Of a DNA stretch of 64,000 nucleotides, positions 38,465 to 51,642 are shown in pieces. Origin of the DNA: Marsupella aquatica (lineage: Eukaryota > Plantae > Marchantiophyta); NCBI GenBank assembly GCA_973895155.1, contig OZ316899.1, forward strand, positions 2,007,573 to 2,071,572, written 5' to 3'. The notes beneath the pieces were generated by a model. That model saw only the letters and a program-made list of their open reading frames with translations, searched no databases and was not told the origin of the DNA. The translations under genes were made by a program, and so were the position numbers. Positions within the stretch are counted from its first letter, which is position 1. Every line of letters starts with the position of its first letter.

Positions 38465-38789
38465 CACCGTGCCAGGAAACAGTAAAAAGGGAAACAGCAA
38501 ACAGTAAATAGTAAACAGCAAATGGATGATAATTTTTTGAATTTTTTGGGGAATTTTTGGGAATTTTTTTTGGGGGGATTTTTTTTTTGTTGGGTTTGTA
38601 TTTTTGACATTTTTTACTAGCACCCCAAGCTAGTAATAGTAGCACCTGGCGCTAGCCAAAAATGGTCGTTTTAAAAAATATTTTGAAAATTTTGAGTTTT
38701 AATGAGAAATGTTTTATATCTCATTTTTGCTCGTAACAGTAAAATTTTGCTCATAATAGGAAATCATTTTCCTGTTTCCTGGCACAGTG
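38465..38789. mobile_element. MITE-like element (325 bp) with 18-bp TIRs CACYGTGCCAGGAAACAG
   Basis: 38465-38482 and 38772-38789 are inverted repeats with 1 mismatch; AACAG-rich subtermini; contains TAGCACCTGGCGCTA at 38640-38654; no clear TSD. Confidence 0.65.
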
Positions 38790-40282
38790 TAAAGCCTCTA
38801 CTTGCGGACTTGACCTACGCTTGTCCTCTGCCAAGATCTCAATTGCCATGTGCGCCACTAACATTGAGGCATTGTGAGCTTTGTGTAACGCGCAAGGTCG
38901 GGTGGTGGAGGGTTTTTGATGTAGAGGATGACAAGCTCCATCTTGGGTATTGAATTGGAGCTGCAACCAGGGTGCCCTCCGTCAATCGTAGTAAAGTCCA
39001 GCTAGGTCAACCAAGCTTTGAAAATGGAGGTTGTGGGAGCTCCTTACTGTGCTGCAGGTGCTGTTCAATCAACGGAGTAGAGATTGTAGCTATGATCAGT
39101 GTCTGTAGAGCTGCCAGTTGGGTGATTCGATAGTAGAGAAGAGCAACCATAGTGATTCAGTCCTTCTCCTCGTTGCAACCAAGGACCAGGGAGCTGTGCA
39201 TCGCAACGTTGGACCTTGGTGTTGCATTGCTCCACCCACTAGCAGAGACTGGGACAATCACTACTTGTGTTTTGTGCATTATCATCTCTGCCCCGGTACT
39301 CGTTTTGTGCAATGTCCGTCTAGTGCTTGGCACTTGATCCCTACATTGTCGTCTGCCGCTTGGTTGCTTGCAGAAGGGATTGAAGAGATTGGAGGTGCTT
39401 GGTCTTGACATTCATTTTGGGTTTCAGAGTTTAGGAGGACAACTTGCACCATCGCTGACAAGAATGAGCTGCTTGTAGAACAAGAGGGACAAGCGCAAGC
39501 TGCTTGCATAATAGGAGACTAAGGGCAAGCATGAGCTGCTTGCAAAATAGGAGACTGAGGGCGAGCTGCTTCTTTAGGGTAAGAGGGTGAGCTGCTTGCG
39601 GAAGCTGAGAATGTGCATTTGAAAGGCAACAAAGTGCAAGCTGCTACCTGCATGATGAGACTTGGGACCTGCAATGTTCCACATGCTACCTGCGACGGGT
39701 ATGATAGCCATGACAGAAAACAGAAAACAGAAAACCTGTTACCAGGAAATTTTTTGCTGTTAACAGTCAAATATAACTGTTACCAGTAAGCGATTCCCTG
39801 TTACCAGTTTTGCATCAACCATAGCCCTTTGGTCCGAATGAAAAACTACGCTAATCACAGAATTTTTCTTTAGTGAATTAGGTTTAAAACAAACAATTAT
39901 TCTGTGCCATCCGATGGATGAAGAGTACTAGCAATCCTCCCTTGCAACAACATTTTGATCTGGAAGATAACTGAACACGGTATGGGGACTATACTCAATG
40001 AAACATTCATTCAAATATCACTATTCGTCCAAGCTAAAAAGTGAACCTTAGGGTGGGACCCACCACAGAACAAGTGAAGAGTAGTGTCCAAATGAACTCA
40101 ATCAAAATGAGTTCCCTTAAATGGACCGAGTACCGTGACAAACAAATGACAAAACACCTCCTAACGATTTATTTCAGAATAATTGAATAAATGCGGCTTG
40201 AAAGATAAAACATAATGATATCAACTTACACATTTTAAATAAAACACAGTGTAATGCTTACTACACGCGTACATAATAAAAG

Positions 40283-43200
40283 CAGCGCCCGACACTAACC
40301 AAAAAATTCTGAATAAACCAAGAAACATATCCGTTGGTAAAGACAAAATAGTGACTATCCGTTATATTGAACGACCTATATGGAAGTTTCGGCCCCTATT
40401 ATAAGCCATTCAAGTTCTGCCTCTCCAATACAAGCCTGACTTCGCCCACAGTCAAAATTGGTTGGCTACAAAGAGTCGACTCCTCAACCTCAAGTTTGAA
40501 AACATTTATGTACACCCAATATAGATGTTTACAAGGTATGTAGACTTGCCACGCGAATGTCGTAGGAAGAAGTCCTCACAAGAGCAAGCAGGGAAGATAC
40601 AGATTTGCACAAAGTACGTGCTTGGTGATCGAAGGTTCTCATGGGTTCGAATTTGAAATTGCTTTCCAAAAGCATTTCCAGTCCGAACATTCCATTCCCC
40701 ATCCAAACTCATCTCTTCTTGTCGTGCAGACTCCATTCGCTTAGTGTGACCCACAGTGAGATTAGACCGAGGTCTTGAGTTCCTCCCATTCCGACTACCC
40801 AGCCGGACATTTGGTTCCAAAAACCTTATTGTTTCTGGGAACACATTCACATTTATCCTGAGGTCAAACAAAGATGGCGCAGATCGACTCAATCCTGTTG
40901 TTCGGGCTAAGACAAGTCCTTGCTCTTCGAGGAACGTGATTTCAGAAGGAGATAGGTTCGTACCCTTCAGAGCAGGCAAAATTTCAGGAAGAGGAGGAAG
41001 CTGATGAACACCACGATGCGGACGACTCTTATAACAGGTTTGGTTTGGGCAGAACCAAATCATTTCGGAGATCGGTTCGCCCCTAAAGAGACGATGGCCC
41101 TTCACGACAATTCCAACAACACCATTAGATGAATGGAAGCCAACCTTCTTGATACGATTTCAACACTCATCGCGATCAAAACTCCCATTGAGTGTCCCAT
41201 TACACTGGGGACCTGCTCCATACTTGGACGTCCGTCGCAGCTGCCACTGCCCCAGAGGGACATCCTTCTCGAGCACAATCGTGCGTGGAAGTGGATTCTG
41301 AAGTGAGACTGGTGCACTGAGCAGAGGTTTTGTGGATCTTGTTGTACGGGTTGTTTGAGGGGTATTGTCCAGTGAATCAGTATCACCATCTGATGTGTCC
41401 ATACCAGAGAGATTCACCACTCTTGTCATAGGATCATTAGAATTAGAGGGAATGGAGGCAAAGTCAGTTCTGTTTAGGTTTTTCCTTTTCAAACCACAAG
41501 TATTTGGTGTGGTTATGAGAACGGTGTCATGCCGATGGGAGTCTTGTGGAGAGACAGTCCCAGTTGCATGTCCCTTTCTCTTCATTGACTTGGTCACGAT
41601 ATCTCCGTTAAGGGGAGTACTTCTTTCCAAATCAAAGTCCGCTGCGTTGGAAAGAAGCATGTTGGTCGCATCTTCAAATAACCTCGGCGAACCTGCTTGA
41701 TCGGCAGAACGGAACGCCAATTCCCATATAGTTGGTCCCTTTCCTCTGTTCAACCCTTTTCGATATGGACTGTATCCCGCAACTTGAGACAAGGCTCGGT
41801 TTTGGTCCACTTTGCATGCTTCAAAAAGACCAACTTTTTTCTTTGTAGCCCAGGCTTTCATAGACGCATGCCTTGATTCTGACCCTGTACAGTTTGGAAT
41901 CAAGGCACCTTCTTCTGCGCTTTTGCTCTGCCATAGTCCGAATGCAATAATCAGTACTAGCATTGTATTACCAGCGCCCGGCGCTGGCACCGACAAGTAT
42001 TTATAACATACGTGAAATACAATTTAGATTATGATTCTGGAACTTTATGGACATGTTGGACTCAAATACGAGAAAATCGCCTCCCCATTGGTGGGCGGCG
42101 CATCAAACTGGCTAAGGCTAGGGATCTCATAGCTTTAGAACGACGACAGTGGTTTGCTAGGAGTACTGGCAGAGTCACCTCTGTGGCTGCGTTGCTGGTC
42201 TAGGAGTGATAGCTATTGGAAGAGGTCGAATGGGATACCTCGCTTTACCGGCTCTAGGGCTCTAGAAGTTGACATGATGTATGGGTCACTCACATTTTGG
42301 GCCACTAGGTTTAGTCCCCCCTTTTTTTTATTGTGATTCTGGCCTTTGCTTTTGCCGCTGGCCTCCCTGAGGGGTTGTTCTGATTTATCTATGGGGCTGT
42401 TTGCTTCCCCCCGGCCGTGGGGTTTTCGCGGTCTCACCTTTTATTATAAAAAATATTTTCCCAGGAAATACGAGAAAATCATACCAACGCCTGGCGCTAA
42501 TATAAAGTTGATGGAAATGAAAGACAAGAGAGGAGATGGATGTCATACCACTCGAATAAAATTGCCCCACTGGCGCCATCGAACAACCCACCAGGATATC
42601 CAGCTTTGTAGCATCATGAGCTTTCCAGGGACACAGTTTCCTGATTGCCACCAAACCACAATCTCTTGGGACACGCGATACGCTACCACAAACGTTGGAG
42701 CGTTTCTTAGTTTCTCCCAAAGTCTCCGATGTTCTGATTGACATTCTTCGAGTACTCCTTCCTTGGAATGCCGATGGAAAGATTGATAAAAGTGAAATGC
42801 ATCAGAGCGCTCCCTCTCCAGGTCTGGGTGTCCACCAAAAAAAAACATTCCGCACAACATTCCATCCAGCTTGTGCATTGTCCGCCATAAACCCTTGGAT
42901 GACAACCTCTTGTAATCCATTCTCCTTGCAAACCTCAATCATAACTCTCCAAGCCTTTTCGAAAGACTCAGTGTCTTCACCTTTCAACTCGCATGTGAAA
43001 ATTGTACAAAGTGCACAGAAGTAATGGTCATAGACATGCGTGCTAAAAGTAAACCAATCGGTTGTGATACACTGCATCACATCAAAACTGACCCAGGCTC
43101 CTTTGAGTCTTCCACCAGGTTGCATCTGTCTCAAAAGATCCACACTGGAACCGTGACCCTTCGTGGTCATTTTAAAGATGTGAGGCCTGTTGTCTTGACA

Positions 43201-46200
43201 TCCCTGACCCGGGAGCAAATACCTCTGGAGAAACAACAGGTTAATCTTCTTCTGCATTTGCGAGAGAAAATCAAGTTCTTCCTAACGCTCCGACAAAGAG
43301 ATGCAAACTTTTGGGGAGTGGAAAGTACCATCAGAGACTTCCATATTTCAGTTTCTTTGATATCGACCATGTTGTCAACATGTTCGCAGAGAGCTTTCAC
43401 TATGGACCCTGTAGCAGAATTCAAGATCCCAGCTGGTTTTGCCAGAGGATTGGCTTCATGATTTTTTTTAATTAAATCCTCAGCCATCTTCTCCGCACTC
43501 CTACAGAAGGTTTTTCTACTAGATGGTTATGCTCACCTATATGAATCGCCAGGCGGGACATATGACTACATGTTTCCGCATCAAGTAATACTTGCGGGTA
43601 CATATAGAACAAACGGGCAGGGCAGTACTTGACACAAAAAGGAATCTGATCACAATAATGACACACAACACCGCCCTCTTCGATAAAAGATCCGACAGCA
43701 TACTGACCACTAAGCTTTGGAGTACCCTGCCATGCCTTAGCGTTTGCCTTCTTCTTCCTTTGAAAGTACTCGCAGGACTTGTTCCGACATTCAATGAATC
43801 CCGTACAGGTAACCTTACCGAATTGCCAAAGTTTTTTCGGCTGAACGTTCGCGGTAGTTGGAAATATGCGTGTCCAAATGTAGCAATCTTTGGCATGGTC
43901 CATGTCCCTAAGCCTAGAGCCTTTAGAGAGCATCTTGTCAATGGGTGGCAATTCAAACACGACGTTCCCGTTGTACTTAGTTGGCAGACAGGAGACTTGC
44001 TCATGTCTGAAATCACCCGTTGATATGAACCTCGATAACTCGCTATGACCAGTGGATTTGAGTAACGTATCCATTGCACTCCGCCGATACACGACCTCCA
44101 ACTGGTTAGAGCTTCCTGGAGTCTCACCTTTAACGACAGCATGTTGCGGGACTTTCATTTTCAACGTAGGACTTGAAGTGTGATCCCCATCTTCACTAGA
44201 AGAAATCTCGACAACATCAAATGGAACTTGGGGGACACCGGACGGTCCTTCATGTTGTCTTACTCGGAGTGAGTACAAAATCCCCGCGTATAGATGCCAA
44301 AACCGTTCACCATCATCCACATTGAATGTTGCTGCATCTTCGATGTCATCACTGGGTTCGAGCTCTCGAACAATGGCCTCAATATCATTCATCTTCAAAT
44401 CAAATCTCCCGCAACGGTATCTCTCCCGGACCTGCTTGTACGTGTCTTCCATAGGGACGGGGATGGTCACAATATCTCTAGTCCTGAATCGGGATAGAAC
44501 GATGGACCAAGACATTGCATCGAAAACAAATAACGAGGGCTGTAATGTTTCGAGGAAGAAAAGTCTATGGTAATATGGAGCTTATATCAGTCGAACATGG
44601 GAACTTCATGTTAACAGATGCGTTTGTATAAGACATAAAACATAGTCAACATAGGATCCGTTGGCGCCATAAATGATTTTTGTCATTTTTCCCCGATAAG
44701 TCCGGATGTCAGACGCATACATAATGCCAAAAAAGGCACCACAAAAATCTTTAACAGACTCTAAGATATTGTATAGTTGGAACAATTTGAGTAGCGCTTG
44801 GCGCTAACTAAAATGTCTCAAACATAATATGCCCCAAATCTCAATATTCCATACTAGCGCCTGGCGCTAGAATACAAAAACCCTCCAGATATCCATCAAT
44901 ACTATGAAATAATTGGATTGAAATGATCAATGAAAATGTGAATTCTTTTAAAACTATGGATGAAAAATACTCGTTATCACTAGCACCGGGCGCTAGTATA
45001 GAATGCAAGTAATGTTTCCCAAAAACCTTAAAACAATAGACATTTCTTTAAATGTGGGGTTGTTTTGATGAAATTTATGTATTCGAGGCACCATTTCAGA
45101 CCTATTCTATAGCTGTTGTTTTTACTAGCGCCGGGCGCTGCCATGACAATCATCCAAATTATCTACTTCAAGGGAAGTTGTTTATAATAGCGCCAGACGC
45201 TAGTATTCCGAGTGAGGGAGGAAAACGGTCATAATGGTAACATTTAACGGTAACTTCTGAGTTCCGTGTGTGTTATGCTTCTTCTACCGCTTGATTTAGC
45301 TAATTAAGTTCTCCGCATAGATACATTGGAATCCGCCAAACTTACGAACTTCTCGCTTTAATCGAAGAGTTCCGCTGAACTCCATCCTCCTTCTAGAATA
45401 TATTACACGTTGAGAGTTGATTAGAGTTCCATAATTTCATTGTACGATAGTTTGTACGCTTCTGGAAGGAAGACGATGGAGGGATTCTCCTCTTCATCCA
45501 GAGGGTACAGTGTTGTTCCTGACCAAGAGCGAGCTTATTCTGAATCCTCGCAGTCTTCGTTTACTGGTTCAGTTTATACACGTCATGTAACTCGTTCCAC
45601 AAAGTTGTTGCCTCCTACTTTTGTTAGCGCTGTTTTGGTTCCTAAATCTCTACGTAGAAAGATGGAGAACCTTGACATGATTGCGATCCAAGATGTTTCG
45701 GACTGCGCACTCGCGAAGACTGATCTCATCTCAAAACATGTCATGTGTTTTGGAAAGGATTCTCGTGGATTTGACAAGGAGCCGCCTCAAATGCCTCTAT
45801 GCCGATTGGTTCATATGAAGGTGGTTCGTACTTTGCGGAAAGATAGCTCTTCCATCGAGAAGCTGAAAGACTCGTTTTGCAGTATGGGTTACAATTCATC
45901 CATAGGAATGCGTTTCTATGTGCAGCCAACGGATGAGAATGGAATTGTTCTGACCTGTACCCAGGAAATTCGTGAGTCATGGGATCCAATTTGGCAATTG
46001 GAGAACGAGAAGTTTGAGGCTGAATGCGAGGCCGATCCAGGTTTTCTTGTGTTGAAGGATAAGATGTTCTCTGTCTTCGATGGAAATCACAGGTTGTACT
46101 CATGGACGCTTGTTACCAAGGAGAATCCTGACAATCCAAAATACCATCCTCGAGTGCTCTGCACAATATTTAAGGGAGACAAGGGATCTCTTATTGAAAT

Positions 46201-47815
46201 TGAGGCAGCTATGCACACCGTGAATCAGTAAGTTATCGTTCTTTTCCGGTACCTTCTTTGAATCTTGTGAGTGTTCTATTTAAGAGCGCTCGGCGCTGGT
46301 TATAGATAAATTGTACTTTGACTCTAACTCGCTGCATCTCTTTGTGTAGGCTTGGCCAAGCAGTTGTTGAGCCATCCTGGATTCTCGATGCAGATAGAAT
46401 CAAACGAATTCTGGCGCATGACCTTGAGTATTACAGTAAACTGATTGACCCGGCTAATTTCAAGAAGTTTGAGAGCATTCGGCTAAAGACTCGGAAGGGG
46501 TCATGGTATACGAAGAAGATGCCACAGGAAGCTCTTGTTTACATTCTATGTGAGAATAAGATAAAGTCCTATTCTCACCAATTCAAGCTTGACATGGAGG
46601 CAGCCGAGGCCCAAGGGAGTCCCTGGTCGGTGGACGAGATTTCCAAACGCCATGCGGCCATGATGAAGGACGCAACCAAAGACTGGGCAGTGAAGTCCTC
46701 AAAAATTACGCCCTTGTTAAGTCCTGAATTTGAAGATTTTCTTAGTACATGTGCAGAAATGTATGTTGTCATAGAGAGAAACAAGAGAGAGAAGAAGCCT
46801 GATGCCGTCGTATGTACAATGGACCGCGCCCAATTGTTCACTGCTGTTTCTGCCCTAGACCCAAAGTTGCGGAGCATCCTACTTGTGGCACATTGCAATC
46901 CTGAGCTGCGGAGACAGTTTTTCCACCCGGCAAGTGTTAACGATGACCCAGTCAAACAATGGTGTCATACTTGGATCACTTGGAATAGTGTAGAGGGAAT
47001 TGTTGTCGGCATGTTACATTCATGTCTGCGTGAAGTAGAGCAAACGATGCCTGCGACTAGATTGGAAGAGTGGAATTGTGGTTCGTTTGATGTTCTTGTT
47101 CAGTTTGTTACAAATGAATTCAAGAGATATGGTGATTCTGTGAAGAGTAAGTTCTTTCACACTATGTGGCCTTCAAAGTGTCCAGACAAAGAAGACTATA
47201 CCCAGAAAAACCAGAAGCGGCTAAAAGGTATCTTTATAGGTTCTACATGCACATGGAGGTAACCAAATCTGATTACTTCTGGGCATATCCTGCAGCTTTC
47301 ATGAAGTGGATTACAATAAGTGAGATGACACCATAGCTGATTTGTACTCCATGTACCCAGCGGAGGGCATATTTCCTCCAAGACCTACGACAGAATGGGA
47401 GAGAACTCACTGCCCCTGGTATCTAGATACAGATAGATGGGATTCTCCTTTTGATCAAAGGGAGAAAGATGCATTCCATAAGCTTTCAAAGTCCCACATA
47501 CCAGCAAAAATTGTGTCCGACATGAAGCAGGGCCTGCTAGACGATGTAGACAAGTCTGCCACTGACTTGCAAAGTATCTGTGAAACGACTATTGTTCATG
47601 TGGACCGAAGTCGCAAACCTCGAGCGAAAGCAAAAGCGGAGTTAGCAGCACCAAGCGAGTCAACGAAATCTGGGAGGAAAAGTGAGTATAGTGTTCCCTA
47701 GTTTGGCCAGTGCTTGGCGCTGGCTTGAACTGTCATGCGAATTCACATTTCTTTCTACATTCCTAAGCCTTTGTTGTAACCTAAGTGATTTGCATTTGGT
47801 TAGCGCCTGGCGCTA
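40283..47815. promoter_or_regulatory. Dispersed palindrome family A, TAGCGCC-N-GGCGCTA (11 copies in cassette A)
   Basis: Copies start at 40283, 41971, 42485, 44792, 44854, 44979, 45126, 45188, 46284, 47706, 47801; 44854-44870 and 47801-47815 are perfect. Regulatory role is inferred. Confidence 0.8.
40400..44515 (-). pseudogene. Mutator-like transposase A: Ubl/PB1-like, WRKY/GCM-like Zn domain, DDE core, Cys-rich domain, SWIM
   Basis: KVTCTGFIECRNKSC..CHYC..CPAR..HIGEHNH; WVSFD (D1); GFMADN (D2); DAFH; NCTGSESRHAS (E); FPACSCEDF (SWIM). Split by frameshifts and an intron; left end approximate. Confidence 0.8.
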
Positions 47816-49243
47816 GCTTGTTTGAATACTCAGGATTTACTTGTTCTAACTAGGACCTATTGGTAATTTAGGAGGGAGGAAGTCTAATACTGCGGAAACA
47901 GGAGATACTAAAGTGGATGCTACACCTGAAGTTTTTGAGGCAAACACCAGAGCTCGATCGGACCCCATTACTCCTGTCGACAAGGGGAAGGTAATAGTTC
48001 CGGTTGACGCCACAAGTACTAGGAAGAAACGAAAGAGAGCTATCGAAGGTGGACCTTCTTCAAGGGAGAGTGTTGCAGCATCTGGTGTCCAACGTGAAGT
48101 TGGAAACTTCAAAACTAGAGTGTCTCGTCATGCCATGGTTGAGACAAGCATATCCGAATTTTTTGACTCCACTTTCAACAAGGGGGAAAAACCTGAATGG
48201 GTTAGTAATGTGGAGAAGTGGGGGAAGGATCTCGTTAAGTCGGGATATAAAGAGAAGGGTGTTGTGCGGGGAGGAAAAGAAAGATCGTATGGAGTGGATG
48301 CGGGTTTCATTTACCTACCAACCGGGTTCAAACCAACGATCATAGATAAGAAGGTTCCTAAATGGAACACTCCAGATCACTCCATGGCTAGATCTTTTTT
48401 CAAGTCCATGGATCCATTTCTATCAGATGATGGATTCCTTGCAATTCTACACAATGGGGAGTATGATCCCATGTCTCAAGTCATTGTTGCCTATCAGGAA
48501 TCGAGAAAATTTCAGTGCATATGCACACATAATGTTGTAATGTCTGTCCCGATGTACGCGGCAAAGACAGACCGTCAGGTAATCTTGTACTCTTAACTAT
48601 GTCGCATTTTGAAATATAACTCATTTAACCTGGAGTTGCCAACTGACACTTGGGATTGCTTTTCGCAGATGTTTACCCTCAGGCTGGACATATTGGTCGA
48701 ATTAATGGGAAATGCAAAATTTCCAAAGACCCTAAATTCCGTCCACTCTCCATCAGTGAGGACCCCTCGGTCACCAATTTGATCGGACTCCCTTCTCTCA
48801 AATCCGATCCATTCCCGCAAATGGAGTTTTCTGGAAATGCTCGCCTATCTATTGGGTTTATGCAATCTGTCATTGAGCTTGTCACCCGACCTCGTGATAT
48901 TTTTATGGATTGGACCGCTGGGGCTGGAAGCTCCTTCATTGCTGGAGACTTCTCGGGGAGGTTTGTGCTCAAGATAGAACATAGAAAAGAATTTATTGAA
49001 ACCACTTTGAAGGTTTTCATGGATTTGTTGTCTCCCAAAGAGATTGCGGTTTTACCTCCACCTATTCCTATTGCCGACAGAAAGAAGCGAGATAAGCTTC
49101 GGTCGGTACTCAATTTTGATTCTGATGATGAGTCCAGTGAAGGTGGAGATGGAGAGGAACAAGGTGCAGGGGACTCGGAGGAGGAAAAGGAAGAACCTCG
49201 TCGATCTCCTGATGAAACCGATAGTGATGACTCTTCCGAGTAA
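45476..49243 (+). pseudogene. ParB-like / N4-N6 DNA methyltransferase-like fusion gene, copy A (4 exons, frameshifted)
   Basis: MPLCRLVHMKVVRTL..LKDSF..GY..FDGNHRL (ParB/Srx-like; DGNHR at 46079); C-terminal VDAGFIYLPTG..W..LSDDGFLAILH and RLSIGFMQSVIELVTRPRDIFMDWTAGAGSSFIAGDFSGRFVLKIE; GT-AG introns 46228-46349, from 47682 (acceptor uncertain) and 48579-48668. Confidence 0.8.
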
Positions 49244-49575
49244 TGTTCATAAACTCGTAAGCTTCTTTCTCCATTCCCGTCAATTTATAACATTTCTGTG
49301 TTGTTTTGGAGAAAGGCACATAACTTCCTAGATTTTGTTTGATCAGGTCAGAGTGGAATGCGAGGAGATGTTTAAAATTGCAAAGGAGGGTTGCTAGACA
49401 CAACATAGAAACACCAGAAAAACCTTTTGTTCTTCCCTCCTATGCAAAGAAAGCCGCAAGGAAAGCCGAGAGTACAAGGACGCTTTGCTGAGAAAACAAA
49501 GGTCTTCGGTTACGAAGGGGTGTTGACAGGAAGTTCATTAAACATCCTTGTGTTGATGACTTCTCCCGCAACCAG

Positions 49576-49603
49576 TTTAGGGTCTAGGGTTTAGGGTTTA
49601 GGG
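49576..49603 (+). repeat. Short telomere-like repeat (TTTAGGG)4 inside the giant element
   Basis: TTTAGGG TCTAGGG TTTAGGG TTTAGGG. Confidence 0.8.
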
Positions 49604-51642
49604 TCATTTAGGTCCGTTAGTTTTCCAAAGAAACCCACATCGGCTGTATTCGGATGACATTTTTGGATCTCTAGGATGACATTCGGATCTCTTGTTGACA
49701 GCTTTTTTGCACGACATTTTTGGATCTCTTGTTGATGGCATCTCTCTCGGACGACATTTTAGGATCTCTTTTTGACGACAATTTTCAAGGACGACACTTG
49801 TCACGGACGATAAGTTTTCGGACAGGCGACTATTTTGGGACCGACACCCGTTTGCGGCCCCTTTGCGGGAGATACATTTCGGGTGTTTCGCGAGAGACAT
49901 TTCTCCTAAACAAGATCTTTGGGACCACGACCATTTTTGGACCTTTGAGGACCTTTTGTGTACAATTTTCACATTTTTTCAGAGGGGAAGTTGCCACTAG
50001 ATCGGATTTATTAAACATGGAGAGAAACGGTGAGCTCATGGATTGGGAGGCAGCGTTCCTCCCTTCTCGTGTGCGTCCGGAAGAGAGCCATTTCAGTTCT
50101 TTTGAGTCACGGATGGATACTGAAGAGACTGAAACCTCTACTTTCCGGAACCGTCACGCTCTACCGTATGATGAGGCTATTAGTCCTGGAGAAAAGAACA
50201 TCCCGTGGATCGTCGATTCTCCACCGCTCCCATTCGTGAGCAGGTTCTTGTCTCATCAGGCTGTTCCGGGTAATTGCAACGTGCGAGCAAACAGTAGAAT
50301 TTTTGCTCGCACGGGCAAGATTTCACCTTGTGTTGGGGCCCCAAAAAGGTCTGGAATATTCCTTGCTAGCATGGAGACCCTGTTCGATCAGTAAATATTG
50401 ACGGCTACCCATGGAGGATTCTAGTCCCATGAACGCACTAGATCCATTTTCGACCAATCAAAATGACATTTCTTCAGGCCAGCAAAATTGCTAGTCTAGT
50501 GACGCCATCACATTGAGCCACTCAAACGAGGTACGGTCTCCATGTACAGGCTTCCACATGTGAAAATTCCCAGCCGAGGAAGAGTGATAATGAAAAAGTA
50601 CTGCACAATTCCCACGTGAAAAGAATCAACGTGTCATTACTGTTGAGGAAAAGAGGATTAAGGCCGTTTGGACACTAATTAAGTCACTTGCAAGTGAACG
50701 AGACACTTACCGTTCGAACCAGAGGCGAATCCAAGGCGGCAAACCGTCCACTTAAACAAATCCTCTCACCCAAAAACCACCAGTCTTCCGAATCATTCTT
50801 CCGATCACTTCCACCGCGTCTGACTCGAGCTCTTTCATTCGGAACTGCTATCAGTGTTCCAAGTACTTGAGATCCAGATCAGGTTAGCGCGGGTCTATGG
50901 TTCTGAGCTATTTTCAGAGAATCACTCTCCGACAAGGCATGACATTCATCATATTTCATCATGAATAGTGTTTCCATTTGTTGAATGTCGTTCTTCTTAA
51001 TCACTGTTTGGGTTTCGTAAGTGCAGAGAAATGTCAGGGGTTCCAAGCAATCCTCCTCAGGGGAAATGGCGACTTGAGATCCGTCGTTACAACCCGACGA
51101 CGGATGGCCCACTAGAAGATGACTCTCCTCCGACGCAGAAACCCGATGCAGAGACTGTGAAGGTCTCCGTAGACAGCAGTGTCCAACTGAACTCGGTCAA
51201 TCTGTTGGATCGTCATCATCATTGAGGAGAACACCGACTCCTCCAAAGTTAATTCCAGCAGCGAAGTCTCCACCGAAGCCAAAGGTGGATACCACACAGC
51301 GCAAGGTTGTATCGAAGAGGAAGAGGCTCGCAGAAGAGGAGCAGTATTGGATTGAGAGGGAGATCTATGACTACTGGACCGAGGAACGCCTCGCCTCCTC
51401 GGATTACAATTCTGAGTCAGACACTGACTCCGATGCATGGAAGGCGGCCAGCCCCTGAGGGGAGAGTCAGATTGTGGGTTTACTGAAATTTTCGTAGTTA
51501 CAAGCGAATCACATGTCCTCATGTACTTTCAATATGTATGAGAAGTAAAGTTTGGGTGTTCCTTTCCTTTCTATGTATTGCTCTGGAATGTCATTTGGTA
51601 CATAGTACGTTTATTTGGGAGTCACAGTTGGACCCTTCCCAG

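Noticed and set aside
48300-49100. Calling the gene an active 6mA/4mC methyltransferase
   Set aside because: The catalytic (D/S/N)PP(Y/F) motif is replaced by YLPT/FLPT and both copies are disrupted; activity cannot be claimed.
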